From Terracidiphilus sp. (GTDB taxonomy: Bacteria; Acidobacteriota; Terriglobia; Terriglobales; Acidobacteriaceae), in contig DASXLY010000252.1 of assembly GCA_036495975.1 (NCBI GenBank), forward strand, positions 412,201 to 476,200: a stretch of DNA of 64,000 nucleotides, read 5' to 3'. The notes below the pieces were generated by a model, which worked only from the letters and a program-made list of their open reading frames with translations, did no database searches and was not told the DNA's origin. A program made the position numbers and the translations under genes. This document shows positions 29,902 through 42,033 of this stretch, piece by piece. Numbering within the stretch: position 1 is the stretch's first letter; each line of letters begins with the position of its first letter.

Positions 29902-29970
29902 CGGTTTGGCGGCTGACCCCGTATGGGGGATTTAACTGAAATATGCGGGTTGCGATGGGCCGTTTTGAGG

Positions 29971-30738
29971 CTAACCCAGGGCAGGAAGACGATCCGAGAT
30001 CCCCAGCAGAAAGATCAATCCGATCCCGCAGCTGTATGCCGCGCCGGTCCATGCAATTACATGATAGAGGCGAGGATGATGTCCGCCGGCCTTGAACGCT
30101 CCGCCCAGGGATGCCGTCATCAAGGCGTTCATCGCTACAAGGCCGACTGCGAACGCGGTCAGTCCCAGCATGCCTCGGGATGTGCCTCCCAGATTTGCCG
30201 TCAGAAAGAATAATGCAAGCTGGCTTGGCGTCTCGGCACCAACTCCGTGCAGGATGCCAATTACGAATACGGACTTGCCGTTATACATCCACTGAAAGCG
30301 CTCCGGCTTCGGCGCTGCCGGATTCCAGATGCGCCGCACGCGCCACGCCATCCACAGCACGCCATTAATCGCGATCGCCAGGCGGCTTTCAATCCTGCCG
30401 TGACGATGTCCGTGTGCATCCTTGCGCAGGATGCCCGCCACCACGCCAATTCCCAGCACAATCAGAGTCAGCCCAATCAGGCGTTCGGTCCAGTGATCGA
30501 GACCCTCCGGTAATCCCATATGCAATTGCAGAACCGCAATGCCGAGCGCGACGACCGTAAAAGCATGCCCCAGGGCATAGGTCATTCCCAGCCGCAGACC
30601 GCTCTTCCAGTTGCGTTGAACCGCGGTGATGTCCGAAATAGCGGCCAGGTGGTCGTAGTCGAACCCGTGCCGCAACCCCAGCACAAGGCAGGAGCCCAAT
30701 GCAGCGTCGAGTTTCCAGTCGCCCAGAATCGGAGTCAC
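29971..30738 (-). CDS. Nickel/cobalt transporter (NiCoT/HoxN/UreH-like)
   Basis: LGLRHGFDYDHLAAI signature, His-rich loop, next to the hox operon. Confidence 0.85.
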   Translation of the reverse strand: MTPILGDWKLDAALGSCLVLGLRHGFDYDHLAAISDITAVQRNWKSGLRLGMTYALGHAFTVVALGIAVLQLHMGLPEGLDHWTERLIGLTLIVLGIGVVAGILRKDAHGHRHGRIESRLAIAINGVLWMAWRVRRIWNPAAPKPERFQWMYNGKSVFVIGILHGVGAETPSQLALFFLTANLGGTSRGMLGLTAFAVGLVAMNALMTASLGGAFKAGGHHPRLYHVIAWTGAAYSCGIGLIFLLGISDRLPALG

Positions 30739-30855
30739 AAGTGCTCAGTATAGAGCAGGTTTGTTAAGGTCCGCGTGGTCATTCGTCACCCTAAGCCAAC
30801 TGAACCCGCTCGGTCAAATGTTTGATTTTGCTCGAATACCGCCCCGCGCCGGCGT

Positions 30856-31584
30856 TCACCGGTTCGCCGTAAGCTCGATCCGATAACCCATGTAGTCGAT
30901 CTTGACGACCGTCTGCCCCAGCAGTGCGCTGCCCGATACCGCCTCGGCATGCGTCGCCATCGGCAACCCTTCGATCTCCGCATACTGCCTCGAAACCTCT
31001 GCTGCCCTCGCCAGAAAGAAGGCGGTCTTCGAGGCGGTACCCTTCAGCTGGACAATCGCGAAGTCGTGCGCATCTACCCACAGCTTGCCCTTGAACAGGT
31101 ACTCACTGCTTCTTCTCGGAGTAATGTCGAGCACCAGGCAATCTCGCCCTTGGAAGTTCTCGCGCGGGTTGGCGTCCAGCTTCATTTCATAATTTGAGCT
31201 ATTGACGAGCGCCGTTTCCAAATTCCCTGGCTGGCTCATCTTCTTCTCGTGATCGAGGAGGGTGCCCAGAACCTCGTTGCGCATAAGGGAGGAGCCATTC
31301 TGCGAAAGAATCGTGTAGCTCTTTCCGCTCGCCCTGCGATAGACCGTCTGCACCGTCATCTCTGCCGCCGGATTTTCATCCTTCCCACGAAACACGACGT
31401 AATGCTCGTTAACTGTGTAATCCGCAATGCGATCGATTCGATTCTTTACCGACGCATCGACACCCTGAACGACTGTGCCAACGTCGGGAATCTGCGCGGA
31501 AAGGAAGGTGCCGGTTGCCGACAGCAAAAGCAGCAGGCTCTGAACGATATATCTGGCGAAAAGAATCCGCCGACCCTCAACCAT
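30856..31584 (-). CDS. Secreted LolA-like / lipoprotein-sorting family hypothetical protein
   Basis: Signal peptide; GRDCLVLDITP, FKGKLWVD..D pattern. Confidence 0.65.
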   Translation of the reverse strand: MVEGRRILFARYIVQSLLLLLSATGTFLSAQIPDVGTVVQGVDASVKNRIDRIADYTVNEHYVVFRGKDENPAAEMTVQTVYRRASGKSYTILSQNGSSLMRNEVLGTLLDHEKKMSQPGNLETALVNSSNYEMKLDANPRENFQGRDCLVLDITPRRSSEYLFKGKLWVDAHDFAIVQLKGTASKTAFFLARAAEVSRQYAEIEGLPMATHAEAVSGSALLGQTVVKIDYMGYRIELTANR

Positions 31585-31751
31585 ACTTCTATTCTTTCAT
31601 TCTTCTCTTATGTGATTTTGAATCGTGACGATCGAGATGTTTCAACGCCGGCAGTCAATTGCGCCATATCGCACGTTGATCGCAACTATTCCGGAAACAA
31701 AACGGGCGCTCGAACCTGGTCCGGGCGCCCGTGGTCTTTCGCAACACATCC

Positions 31752-32441
31752 TTACCGCGAGGCAGCCGCCTGGGTCCGCGCATCACGCACAGCATCCAGG
31801 AACGCGTGGGATCCTGAAGGTGGAGGCACCGAGCCGGTCAGCACGGAGCGGAACGTAACATCGCCACCGTACTCTGCCCGCATCGCATCCTCATCGGGCC
31901 GAACATCGGCGCCATTCAGGGTCAGTCCGGCAAAAGCACCTTTGGCGCGCGAGTAGGTCAGCACTTCAGCATTCAACTTCCAATCAGTATTGGCCGAAGC
32001 ATGACGGCCAACCGGTCCCGCGGCGGCTGAGGCATCCGCGCCCACCTTGAACTTGCTCTCCAACAAATGCTTCATGCCCTGATCATTTTGGAAGACCATT
32101 ACCAGGTCGACACCTTCTACGCCGATCTGCAATCCCCAGCTTCCACCGGTGATTGCGAAGAACGCCGGTGCACTCCAGCCACGATCAGTGCGGCAAGTGG
32201 CGACGCCCTTGCCACCTTCAGCACCGAAGACGAACCCGCCTTTCACCATGTGTGGAACGACTGCGATGCACTTCGCGTGATCCAGTACTTCCTGCGGAAT
32301 ACCCCTGTCGGGAGCAGCCATCACTTCTTTCAGCACTGCGCCGGCCTTGTCGAGTCGCTCTGTGTCGCTCTGCTTGCTATCGGAAGCCCAGCTCATCGAT
32401 GCCAGACTCAGAATAGCGATTGCCATCATCATTTTTTTCAT
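31752..32441 (-). CDS. Ysc84/SYLF lipid-binding domain protein
   Basis: WSAPAF, GGSWGLQIG, AAAGPVGR, YSRAKGAFAG; signal peptide. Confidence 0.9.
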   Translation of the reverse strand: MKKMMMAIAILSLASMSWASDSKQSDTERLDKAGAVLKEVMAAPDRGIPQEVLDHAKCIAVVPHMVKGGFVFGAEGGKGVATCRTDRGWSAPAFFAITGGSWGLQIGVEGVDLVMVFQNDQGMKHLLESKFKVGADASAAAGPVGRHASANTDWKLNAEVLTYSRAKGAFAGLTLNGADVRPDEDAMRAEYGGDVTFRSVLTGSVPPPSGSHAFLDAVRDARTQAAASR

Positions 32442-32705
32442 AGTAATCACCTTTCGCTTTACCGGGCAGGACCCCTCAGGGTGGCCCGCGGAGAGTTGGG
32501 AAGAGGGAACTAATTCACTGCTTTGCTTTGCGACTCCATGCGCAAAGGGCGGTTGGGTGTGCGCTCAAACTCTCCGCTGCACACATTGGAGCGGTTAAAT
32601 AAAATTTTGGTTGCCCGTTTCCATGGCCGTAACCCCAAGTTCCCGTAGGGTTTTCACTTACGATTCGGCTATGCTGGACTGCGAGGCGCAACGGTTTCAA
32701 TCGTC

Positions 32706-35024
32706 ATGACGCAAACCCATCCCCAGCACGAGCGGAAAAGCATTCGGGTGCGAGGAGTGGTCCAGGGCGTGGGCTTTCGACCCTTCGTCTATCGTCTCGC
32801 GACTGAGGAACAAATCGCCGGTTTGATCGGCAACGACACCGACGGCGTCATCATTGAGCTCGAAGGCGCACCTCTGCGCATCCAGTCTTTTCTGTCCCGC
32901 CTCCAATCGGAAACCCCGCCGCTTGCGCGCATCGATTCTGTCGTGGTCAGCAACCTCGCGCCCATCGGCGAAACCAGCTTTCGCATCGTGGCCAGCGAGG
33001 TCCTCGGGAAAGTGAGCACTGGGATTCCGGCCGATGCAGCCACCTGCGCCGATTGTCTGCGCGAATTGCTCGATCCCGCCGACCGTCGTTATCGCTATCC
33101 CTTCCTCAACTGCACGAATTGCGGACCCCGCTTCACCATTACCCGTCGCATTCCCTACGACCGTCCGCAAACCTCGATGGCAGTGTTTCCCATGTGTCCA
33201 GAGTGCCAGGCCGAGTACGACGATCCCCTGAACCGCCGCTTCCATGCGCAACCAAATGCATGCGCGCGCTGCGGACCGCATGTCTGGCTCGAGGCCCAGG
33301 ATGGCACGCCGATCGAATCTTCCGATCCCGTGACCGAAACCATCGAGCGCTTGTTGCAGGGAAACGTTGTGGCCATCAAAGGCATCGGTGGCTTCCACCT
33401 CAGCGTGGATGCAACCAGCGAAAAAGCCGTGAGCCGACTGCGCGAACGCAAGCATCGCTATGGAAAGCCGCTCGCCGTTATGGCGCGCGATCTTGACACC
33501 GCACTTGCGCTCTGCGAAGTAACCGACGAAGAAGAAGCGTTGCTTACGACCCCAGCGCGCCCCATCGTGCTCCTGCGGGCCCGTCCGCACAACGGCATTG
33601 CATCCTCTGTTGCTCCAGGCATTCCCTGGCTCGGCGTTTTCTTGCCCTGCGCGCCCTTGCAGCACCTGATCTTTGCCGATCCGCGGGTGAGGGCGCTGGT
33701 GATGACCTCGGCGAACCTAAGTGAGGAGCCCATCGCCATCGATAACGACGAGGCCCGCGCCCGGCTTGGCGCCATTGCCGATGCCTTCCTCATGCACAAC
33801 CGTGAGATTCTGCAGCGCTGCGATGATTCCGTCGCCACTATCGTCGATGACGCTCCCCAACTCATCCGCCGTGCCCGCGGATATGTCCCGCTCTCCGTGC
33901 GACTGCCAATCGAAGCTCCTCCGCTGCTTGCCGTGGGTGGCCATCTCAAAAACGTCTTCGCCCTCGCCTGTGGTCGCTTTGCCTACCAGAGCCAGCACCT
34001 CGGCGATCTCGAGAATCTAACCGGCCTCCAGTTTTTCGAGGAGTCGCTGGCTCATCTCATGCGCACATTCGAGATCGAACCGAAGGCTGTTGCACATGAT
34101 CTACATCCCGGCTATCTCTCAACCACCTGGGCGAAGGACTGGGCGGCCCAGCGCAACCTCGCATTGATCGCCGTGCAGCACCATCACGCACACATCGCGG
34201 CCTGTATGGCTGAACACGGCATCGTGGAGCCTGTCATCGGTCTCTCGCTCGATGGCACCGGCTACGGTACCGACGGCCGCATCTGGGGCGGGGAAGTCCT
34301 CATCGGCACGTTTGATCACTTCGACCGTTTCGCCCACCTCGACTACACTCCCATCCCCGGCGGTGAGGCTGCCATCCAGGAACCATGGCGCATGGCTTTC
34401 GCGCATCTCACGGCGGCAGGCTTCTCCCCGGAGGAGGCAAGGGAGTTGACCGGCGCCAGTGAACAGGAAACTCGGCTCATCGCGCGCATGATCGAGCGCG
34501 AGGTCAACTCACCGCTCACATCCAGCCTCGGTCGTCTCTTTGACGCCGCGGCGGCCGTGATCCTCAATCGTCGCAAAGTGGATTACGACGCGCAGGCGGC
34601 CATCGAACTCGAGGGCATCGCTGTCGACGAATCCGATCGCAACCGCCCGCAGGGCTACGTTCCTCAATTGACCACGCACGGCAGAATCGGCTCCGGCCTG
34701 GTCCTCAGCATCGACGGCCTTTGGCATTCCGTAGTCGACGACCTACGGGGCGGCGTCTCAAAGGCTCGTATCGCGGCGCAGTTCCACGCTGGCATCGCCG
34801 AAGGGTTCATCCAGGCCGCAGCCAGTGCACGCGAATCCGCCGGCATTTCCCGCGTCGTCCTGTCCGGCGGTTGTATACACAACCGTCGCCTCGCCCGCAT
34901 TCTTCGTTCGGGTCTCGAGGCAGAAGGCTTCCAGGTCTCCCAGCATCGCCAGGTCAGCCCCGGAGACGGCGGACTTAGCTATGGACAAGCCGCCGTGGCC
35001 GCTGCGATGCTGAAGAACAAGTAG
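32706..35024 (+). CDS. hypF: Hydrogenase maturation carbamoyltransferase
   Basis: GVVQGVGFRPF, zinc fingers, KGIGGFH, QHHHAH, GDGGLSYGQ. Confidence 0.97.
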   Translation: MTQTHPQHERKSIRVRGVVQGVGFRPFVYRLATEEQIAGLIGNDTDGVIIELEGAPLRIQSFLSRLQSETPPLARIDSVVVSNLAPIGETSFRIVASEVLGKVSTGIPADAATCADCLRELLDPADRRYRYPFLNCTNCGPRFTITRRIPYDRPQTSMAVFPMCPECQAEYDDPLNRRFHAQPNACARCGPHVWLEAQDGTPIESSDPVTETIERLLQGNVVAIKGIGGFHLSVDATSEKAVSRLRERKHRYGKPLAVMARDLDTALALCEVTDEEEALLTTPARPIVLLRARPHNGIASSVAPGIPWLGVFLPCAPLQHLIFADPRVRALVMTSANLSEEPIAIDNDEARARLGAIADAFLMHNREILQRCDDSVATIVDDAPQLIRRARGYVPLSVRLPIEAPPLLAVGGHLKNVFALACGRFAYQSQHLGDLENLTGLQFFEESLAHLMRTFEIEPKAVAHDLHPGYLSTTWAKDWAAQRNLALIAVQHHHAHIAACMAEHGIVEPVIGLSLDGTGYGTDGRIWGGEVLIGTFDHFDRFAHLDYTPIPGGEAAIQEPWRMAFAHLTAAGFSPEEARELTGASEQETRLIARMIEREVNSPLTSSLGRLFDAAAAVILNRRKVDYDAQAAIELEGIAVDESDRNRPQGYVPQLTTHGRIGSGLVLSIDGLWHSVVDDLRGGVSKARIAAQFHAGIAEGFIQAAASARESAGISRVVLSGGCIHNRRLARILRSGLEAEGFQVSQHRQVSPGDGGLSYGQAAVAAAMLKNK

Positions 35025-35053
35025 CCCCCACTCTTCCGATCTGAGGACCAATC

Positions 35054-35461
35054 ATGACGATTCGCGGAATCATCTGGGCGGCACTTCTCGCCTTCGCAGC
35101 GGTTATCAGCGTCGGCGTCTCGTTTTACGGCGTGTATTCGGCGATCCGCATCGACCTCCGTCAAGACACCGTGCTTACCTGTATCTACTGCGGGCTTCCG
35201 CTGTTGTGCTTTCCCGTTTTCATCCTCATCCGGCCCCAGAGCCGCTCCGCATTTGTGCTTTCCTTGATGGCTCTCACCTACCTCGGCGCCTATTCGGCAC
35301 TGAACTGGCGCACCTGTTCCGAACTCGGTTACTGCCAGGGCCTGATCCCAACGGTGATGATGACCCTGAGCACGAACGTAGTCCTGGCATTCTTCAGTGT
35401 TGTGATCCTGCAGTTGATCGCGCTCTTGATGGACGATCGCTCGGCACTTTGGCAAAACTGA
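35054..35461 (+). CDS. Hypothetical membrane protein (about 4 TM)
   Basis: Hydrophobic 135-aa ORF with GAGG RBS after hypF. Confidence 0.7.
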   Translation: MTIRGIIWAALLAFAAVISVGVSFYGVYSAIRIDLRQDTVLTCIYCGLPLLCFPVFILIRPQSRSAFVLSLMALTYLGAYSALNWRTCSELGYCQGLIPTVMMTLSTNVVLAFFSVVILQLIALLMDDRSALWQN

Positions 35462-35469
35462 CACTTCGC

Positions 35470-35504
35470 TTCCCGCATGACTGTTCTGGGCGAACAGCCG
35501 GGAA
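35470..35504. terminator. Hairpin between convergent genes
   Basis: ttcccg...ctgttc tgggc gaacag...cgggaa. Confidence 0.4.
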
Positions 35505-35511
35505 ATATAGA

Positions 35512-35546
35512 ACCGCTGACTGCTGAGAGCTGATGGCTGAAAGCTG
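35512..35546. repeat. Heptamer array (ANNGCTG)5 just after the argA stop
   Basis: accgctg actgctg agagctg atggctg aaagctg. Confidence 0.75.
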
Positions 35547-35549
35547 TTG

Positions 35550-36068
35550 TTAGCCCAGCCGTACCAGCTGCTCTGCTTCAACCTTCGGTCCCAGGATCGA
35601 AATCCGCGGAATCCGGCCCCGTACCATTGCCACCTCGTCACAGCGGTGAAGCCGCGGACAATTCTGGCAATCCTTGAAAATCTTGTCGGGCAGTTCCAGC
35701 TTGTCTTCGACCGGCCGAAATCCATATTTGAAAAAGAAATCGGGAATGCGGGTAAACAGGCAAACCGATTGGATCCCATGCGCTTCAGCTTCCTCGATCA
35801 GTCCACCGAGTATGCGGCCGCCCGCACCCTGCCCCTTGGCCTCCGGTTTCACCACGATCGAGCGCACCTCGCACAGATGGGGTCCGTAAAAATGCAGCGC
35901 GCCGCAGCCGAGAAAGACTCCGCCATCCGACTCCGCCACCGTGAAGTCGCGCACGTTCTCGCAGATCTCAGCAAACGATCGCTTGAGCAGTGTTCCGTCA
36001 CCGGAGAGCGAATTGACCAGGTCGTAGATGTTCGACGCATCCTGCAGCAGTGCCTTACGCACCTGCAT
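35550..36068 (-). CDS. argA: Short GNAT-type N-acetylglutamate synthase
   Basis: LL.RS...I.ENVRDF, EVRSI.V, FF.KYGF, KIFKDC..C; last gene of the arg operon. Confidence 0.85.
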   Translation of the reverse strand: MQVRKALLQDASNIYDLVNSLSGDGTLLKRSFAEICENVRDFTVAESDGGVFLGCGALHFYGPHLCEVRSIVVKPEAKGQGAGGRILGGLIEEAEAHGIQSVCLFTRIPDFFFKYGFRPVEDKLELPDKIFKDCQNCPRLHRCDEVAMVRGRIPRISILGPKVEAEQLVRLG

Positions 36069-37500
36069 GAGCCACCTCCGATGCGCCCTTGTTCGTCAAC
36101 GCCGCAACCCGCTCCGCCGCGGAACGCAGGGCAGCCTTCACGCGCGCCGTCGCTGTCCCGCCAATCACGTCGTGACAATCGACTGTTGCCTCAAGCGCCA
36201 CGGCAGCATAGAAGTCTTCACCAAACTCACTGCCGAATTGCCTCAGTTCGTCAAGGCGTAGCTCGCCAAGCTCCACACCCTTTTCCAGCGCAAAGCGAAC
36301 CGCATTCCCGATCTTTTCGTGTGCCGTGCGGAAGGGAACGCCTTTGTGCACGAGATAGGTAGCTCCGGCCATCGCATTCAAGTACCCGGTGTGCGCAGCT
36401 TCGCGCATACGCCGGAAATTGAACTGGAGCGCCGCCGTGAAGCGCGCCACCAACGCGATCATGGGTGCAACAAAATCCACCTGAAATGCCGGCTCCTGTG
36501 TCTCCTGCATGTCTTTGTTGTAGGCGAGGGGAAGTCCCTTCAGTTGCAGCGTAACCGCTTCTGCAGCGCCGTGAATGCGGCCAACCTTCGCCCGAATCAA
36601 CTCAGTCAAATCCGGATTCTTTTTCTGCGGCATAGCACTCGAACCCGTCGAGAACGCTTCAGGCAGATTGACGAATCCAAATTCCGCGGTTGCAAACAGA
36701 GTGATCTCCTCGGCAAACCGGCTCAGGTGCAATCCGACAAACGTCAGCGCTTGTAGATACTCGAGGACGAAGTCACGATCGCTGGTCGCATCCATTGAGT
36801 TGGCTGTTGGCCCGGTGAATCCGAGTTCTTTCGCCGCAATTGTCCGATCCAGTGCCAGGGTGGCACCTGCCACAGCGCCCGAACCCAGCGGACAATAATT
36901 CAGCCGCGCCGCGCAGTCCTTCAGCCGCGCCGCGTCCCGCAGGATCATCTCCACATACGCCTGCATCCAGTGCGCCACCAGCACAGGCTCCGCTCGCTGC
37001 AGGTGCGTATAGCTCGGCATCACCGCGTCGCCGGCCTTCCCCGCCTGCTCCAGCAGCGCCTCGGCCCACTTTGCCAGTGCGTCGACAACCACTTCGATCT
37101 GGCCGCGGACATACAGCCGCAGGTCCGTAGCTATCTGCTCATTGCGTGAGCGGCCGGTATGCAACTTCAGTCCCAGTGAACCAACCCGTTCCACCAGCGA
37201 CAATTCAACAAAGTGATGGATATCTTCCGCAACCGGATGGTTGCGCACACGCTCCACACTTTCCGCGGTTCCGAACTCCGCGGCCACGGCATCCAGAGCG
37301 TTCCGAAGTTCCTTGAGTTCCGTCACCGTCAACACTCCGGCGGTTGCAAGAGCAGACGCGTGCGCCTTACTGGCGGCGAGTTCTTGCGCGAGAAGTCGCC
37401 AGTCAAACACAATCGAGCGCTGCCACTGCTCGAACTCCTTGTCCAGTGACTCGCGAAAGCGCCCCGACCACATCTTTCCGGATTGTTGTTCTTTCGACAT
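36055..37500 (-). CDS. argH: Argininosuccinate lyase
   Basis: WSGRF, HTGRSRNEQ, YTHLQRA, GSSAMPQKKNPD. Confidence 0.97.
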   Translation of the reverse strand: MSKEQQSGKMWSGRFRESLDKEFEQWQRSIVFDWRLLAQELAASKAHASALATAGVLTVTELKELRNALDAVAAEFGTAESVERVRNHPVAEDIHHFVELSLVERVGSLGLKLHTGRSRNEQIATDLRLYVRGQIEVVVDALAKWAEALLEQAGKAGDAVMPSYTHLQRAEPVLVAHWMQAYVEMILRDAARLKDCAARLNYCPLGSGAVAGATLALDRTIAAKELGFTGPTANSMDATSDRDFVLEYLQALTFVGLHLSRFAEEITLFATAEFGFVNLPEAFSTGSSAMPQKKNPDLTELIRAKVGRIHGAAEAVTLQLKGLPLAYNKDMQETQEPAFQVDFVAPMIALVARFTAALQFNFRRMREAAHTGYLNAMAGATYLVHKGVPFRTAHEKIGNAVRFALEKGVELGELRLDELRQFGSEFGEDFYAAVALEATVDCHDVIGGTATARVKAALRSAAERVAALTNKGASEVAHAGA

Positions 37501-37515
37501 TGCTTTAACGGTGCC

Positions 37516-38938
<1,423 letters not shown>

Positions 38939-38968
<30 letters not shown>

Positions 38969-39985
38969 GGAAACATTCGCCAACCCGCCCAGCAACAGCA
39001 GCAGCAGGGCTTTCTGCACGTGCATGCGATTCTCGGCCTGGTCGAAGACAATGGACTGCGGTCCATCCAGCACCGCGTCCGTTACCTCGGCATTGCGTCG
39101 CGCCGGCAAACAATGCATAAAGACCGCATTCTCGCTCGCCTTCGCCATCAACGTTTCGTTCACCTGAAACGGCCGGAAGATTGGCGCACGCTTGGTCGAC
39201 TCGTGCTCCATGCCCATGCTTACGCAAACGTCGGTGTAAACCGCGTCCGCATTCTCGACTGCTGCCTGCGGATCCTGCGTCAGCTTCACCTCGCACCCAT
39301 TCTGGTCCGCAATCTCGCGCGCCTTGGTCACGATCTCGATATCCGGCGAGTAGCCGCGCGGGGTTGCTACCGTGACGTTCGCCCCCAGCTGCGCTCCGGT
39401 CAGCATCAGCGAGTGGCACACGTTGTTTCCGTCGCCGACATAGGTGAAATTCAGCCGCGCAGCCGATCCGAACCGTTCTTCGAGGGTCATGAAATCCGCC
39501 AGTGCCTGGCAGGGATGCTCGAAATCCGACAGCGCATTAACTACCGGCACCCGTGAGTTCGCCGCCATCTCGGTAATGGTGTCGTGCGCATAAGTCCGCA
39601 GTACGATCACATCCACCCACCGCTCCACGTTGCGCGCCACGTCCGCAATTGCTTCGCGTTCACCTAACGGAGAACTCGTCTGGTCGACAAAAATCGCGTT
39701 CCCGCCCATGGTGTTGATGCCGGTCTCGAAGGCCAGCCGTGTGCGCAGGCTCGCCTTCTCGAACATCAGCACCATCTGTTTCGCATCCAGCGCGTTCCGA
39801 TACTCTCGCGGATTCAGCTTTACATCGTGGCCAAGCTTCATAAGGGCGCGCATCTCGCTGCTTGAGAGATCTGCGATCGAGCACAGATCCTCGCCCGCCA
39901 GCCGGGCCGCGGCAGCCAGTACGTCTTCATCCTTCTGTACGGGAACTTCGGGAGCCCGGCGCTCCAATGTTGCTCTACTAGCCAC
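38939..39985 (-). CDS. argF: Ornithine carbamoyltransferase
   Basis: FEKASLRT, HPCQALAD, GDGNNV, DVCVSMG, HCLP; GTG 39985 after AGGAGG. Confidence 0.94.
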
Positions 39986-41234
39986 GATCGGTTCCTCCTG
40001 CGGTCTCATTAGCGGCGCTTACAGCCGCGGCTTTCTCTGTAAAAATCTCGTCCAGCGCTTTGATCGCTTCATCCACGTGATTGCGCTCCAGGATGTACGG
40101 CGGCAGGAAACGCAGCACCGTATCGCTGGTGCAGTTGATTACGATTCTGTGCTTCAACATTTCGGCCACGGTCTGTTTCGCAAGGTCCGCGTTGTCGAGT
40201 TCCGCAGCTAACATCAGTCCTTTGCCGCGAACGTCCTTGATGCATTCGTGCTTTTTCGCCAGTTGGCCTAATTGTTGCTGAAAATAGTCGCCCACTTCGG
40301 TAGCGTGTTTCAGCAGGTCTTCCTCTTCGATCGCATCGATCACGGCGATTGCCACTGCACAGGCCAGCGGGCCTCCGCCAAAAGTCGTTCCATGCATTCC
40401 CGCGTGAATTGCCCTTGCAGCCTCTTCGGTGCAGAGAACCGCACCCAACGGAATCCCGCCTGCAATCGGCTTGGCCAATGTTGTGATGTCTGGCTTGATC
40501 CCGTAATGCTGGTACGCACACCATTTACCAGTGCGTCCCATGCCCGACTGGATCTCATCGACAATCAGCAATGCTCCGGTCGAATCGGCCAGTTTGCGTG
40601 CCTCGGCAAAAAACTCCTGCGTCAGCGGCCGGATGCCGCCCTCGCCCTGGATCGTCTCAACCAAGATCGCGCACACTTCGCTCGAAAACTTCGCGCGCAG
40701 GTCGGCGACGTCGTTGAAGCGCACAAACTCCACTCCCGGCACACCCGGCGCAAATGGTTCGCGATATTTCGCTTTGTATGTCGTCGACATCGACCCGTAG
40801 GTGCGTCCGTGAAAGCTTTGCTCCAGCGCCAGGAACTTTGTCCCAATCTCCTTGCCTTCGCTGCGGAGCAGCCCGGCGTGAGCGCGCGCCAGCTTCAGCG
40901 CACCTTCCCACGCCTCTGTGCCGGTGTTCGAAAAGAACACGCGATCCATCCCTGTCCGCTCGGTCAATCGAAGCGCCAGTTCCGCTTGTCCCTCGTGATA
41001 AAAGAGGTTCGACGTGTGAATCAGCGCGCGGCTCTGGTTAACAATCGCTCGCTCAATTGCGGGATGCCCGTATCCCAGCGCATTCACCCCGATTCCGCTC
41101 AGCAGGTCGAGATACTTCGCGCCGTCCTCTGCCACCAGGTGCACACCGGCTCCGCTGACAAAGAGAATCGGGCTCCGTTCGTAGGTTTGCAGCAGCAACC
41201 TCGACTCTGCCGCTCGAATCTGTTCCAGTCTCAT
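39978..41234 (-). CDS. argD: Acetylornithine aminotransferase
   Basis: SFHGRT, IQGEGG, DEIQSGMGRTG, HGTTFGG. Confidence 0.94.
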   Translation of the reverse strand: MRLEQIRAAESRLLLQTYERSPILFVSGAGVHLVAEDGAKYLDLLSGIGVNALGYGHPAIERAIVNQSRALIHTSNLFYHEGQAELALRLTERTGMDRVFFSNTGTEAWEGALKLARAHAGLLRSEGKEIGTKFLALEQSFHGRTYGSMSTTYKAKYREPFAPGVPGVEFVRFNDVADLRAKFSSEVCAILVETIQGEGGIRPLTQEFFAEARKLADSTGALLIVDEIQSGMGRTGKWCAYQHYGIKPDITTLAKPIAGGIPLGAVLCTEEAARAIHAGMHGTTFGGGPLACAVAIAVIDAIEEEDLLKHATEVGDYFQQQLGQLAKKHECIKDVRGKGLMLAAELDNADLAKQTVAEMLKHRIVINCTSDTVLRFLPPYILERNHVDEAIKALDEIFTEKAAAVSAANETAGGTDRG

Positions 41235-41250
41235 CAATTCAATTACTCCT

Positions 41251-42033
41251 CTAGGCAACCATCACTTCCGTACCATGCGCCACGCGGCTGCTGCACAGGT
41301 CGGGAAGAGAACCTGCTGCCTCCGCAGGAAGAATCCGCACGCGCTTCACGCCGTTCAGCAACGCCTCGCGGCACGCACCCAGCTTGGGCAGCATGCCGCC
41401 AGAGATGATCGCGCTCTTGGCCATCTCCGCAATCTGGTCAATGCTCAACCAGCGCAACACGTTTCCATCCGCGCCCTTCACTCCGGGCACGTCCGTCAGA
41501 AACACCAGTGCATCGGCTCGGCACGCGACCGCGCAGGCACCTGCCATCTCGTCCCCGTTCACGTTGTAGTACTCGCCGTCGAACCCAAGTGCGATCGGCG
41601 CGATCACCGGAATCCCATTCAGATTCCAGATCGCCTCGATCCAACGGGAATCGCTGGCCACAATCTCGCCAACGAATCCAAGGTCTGGCTCTGTCCGTTT
41701 CTTGCGCGCGCGAAAGAGCAATCCGTCGCCGCCGGTCATCCCCACCGCAGGCTGCCCTAGCGCACCGAAGGCAGCCACCAGCCCCTTGTTCACCTTGCCG
41801 GCAAAAACCATCAGCGCAATGTTTCGGGTCTCGGCGTCGGTCACCCGCAGGCCGTCGATAAACTCGCTCTTAGTGCCGAGCCGCTCCATCATTCGCGTCA
41901 GCTGCACTCCGCCGCCATGCACCACGGCCACCTGATTTCCGTCGCGGACCAGGTCCGCAATGGCGCGAACACAGCCCTGCAAAAGCTCAGGGACCTCCAG
42001 GCCTGCTCCGCCGAGTTTCACCACGTACTTCAT
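41251..42033 (-). CDS. argB: Acetylglutamate kinase
   Basis: VVKLGG, VVHGGG, GLRVTD, SGGMLPKL. Confidence 0.95.
   Translation of the reverse strand: MKYVVKLGGAGLEVPELLQGCVRAIADLVRDGNQVAVVHGGGVQLTRMMERLGTKSEFIDGLRVTDAETRNIALMVFAGKVNKGLVAAFGALGQPAVGMTGGDGLLFRARKKRTEPDLGFVGEIVASDSRWIEAIWNLNGIPVIAPIALGFDGEYYNVNGDEMAGACAVACRADALVFLTDVPGVKGADGNVLRWLSIDQIAEMAKSAIISGGMLPKLGACREALLNGVKRVRILPAEAAGSLPDLCSSRVAHGTEVMVA

Noticed and set aside
30774-30791. Additional CRP/FNR-like sites upstream of the Ni transporter and the GGDEF gene (about 51423)
   Set aside because: Half-site spacing is 7 nt rather than 6 and there are mismatches.
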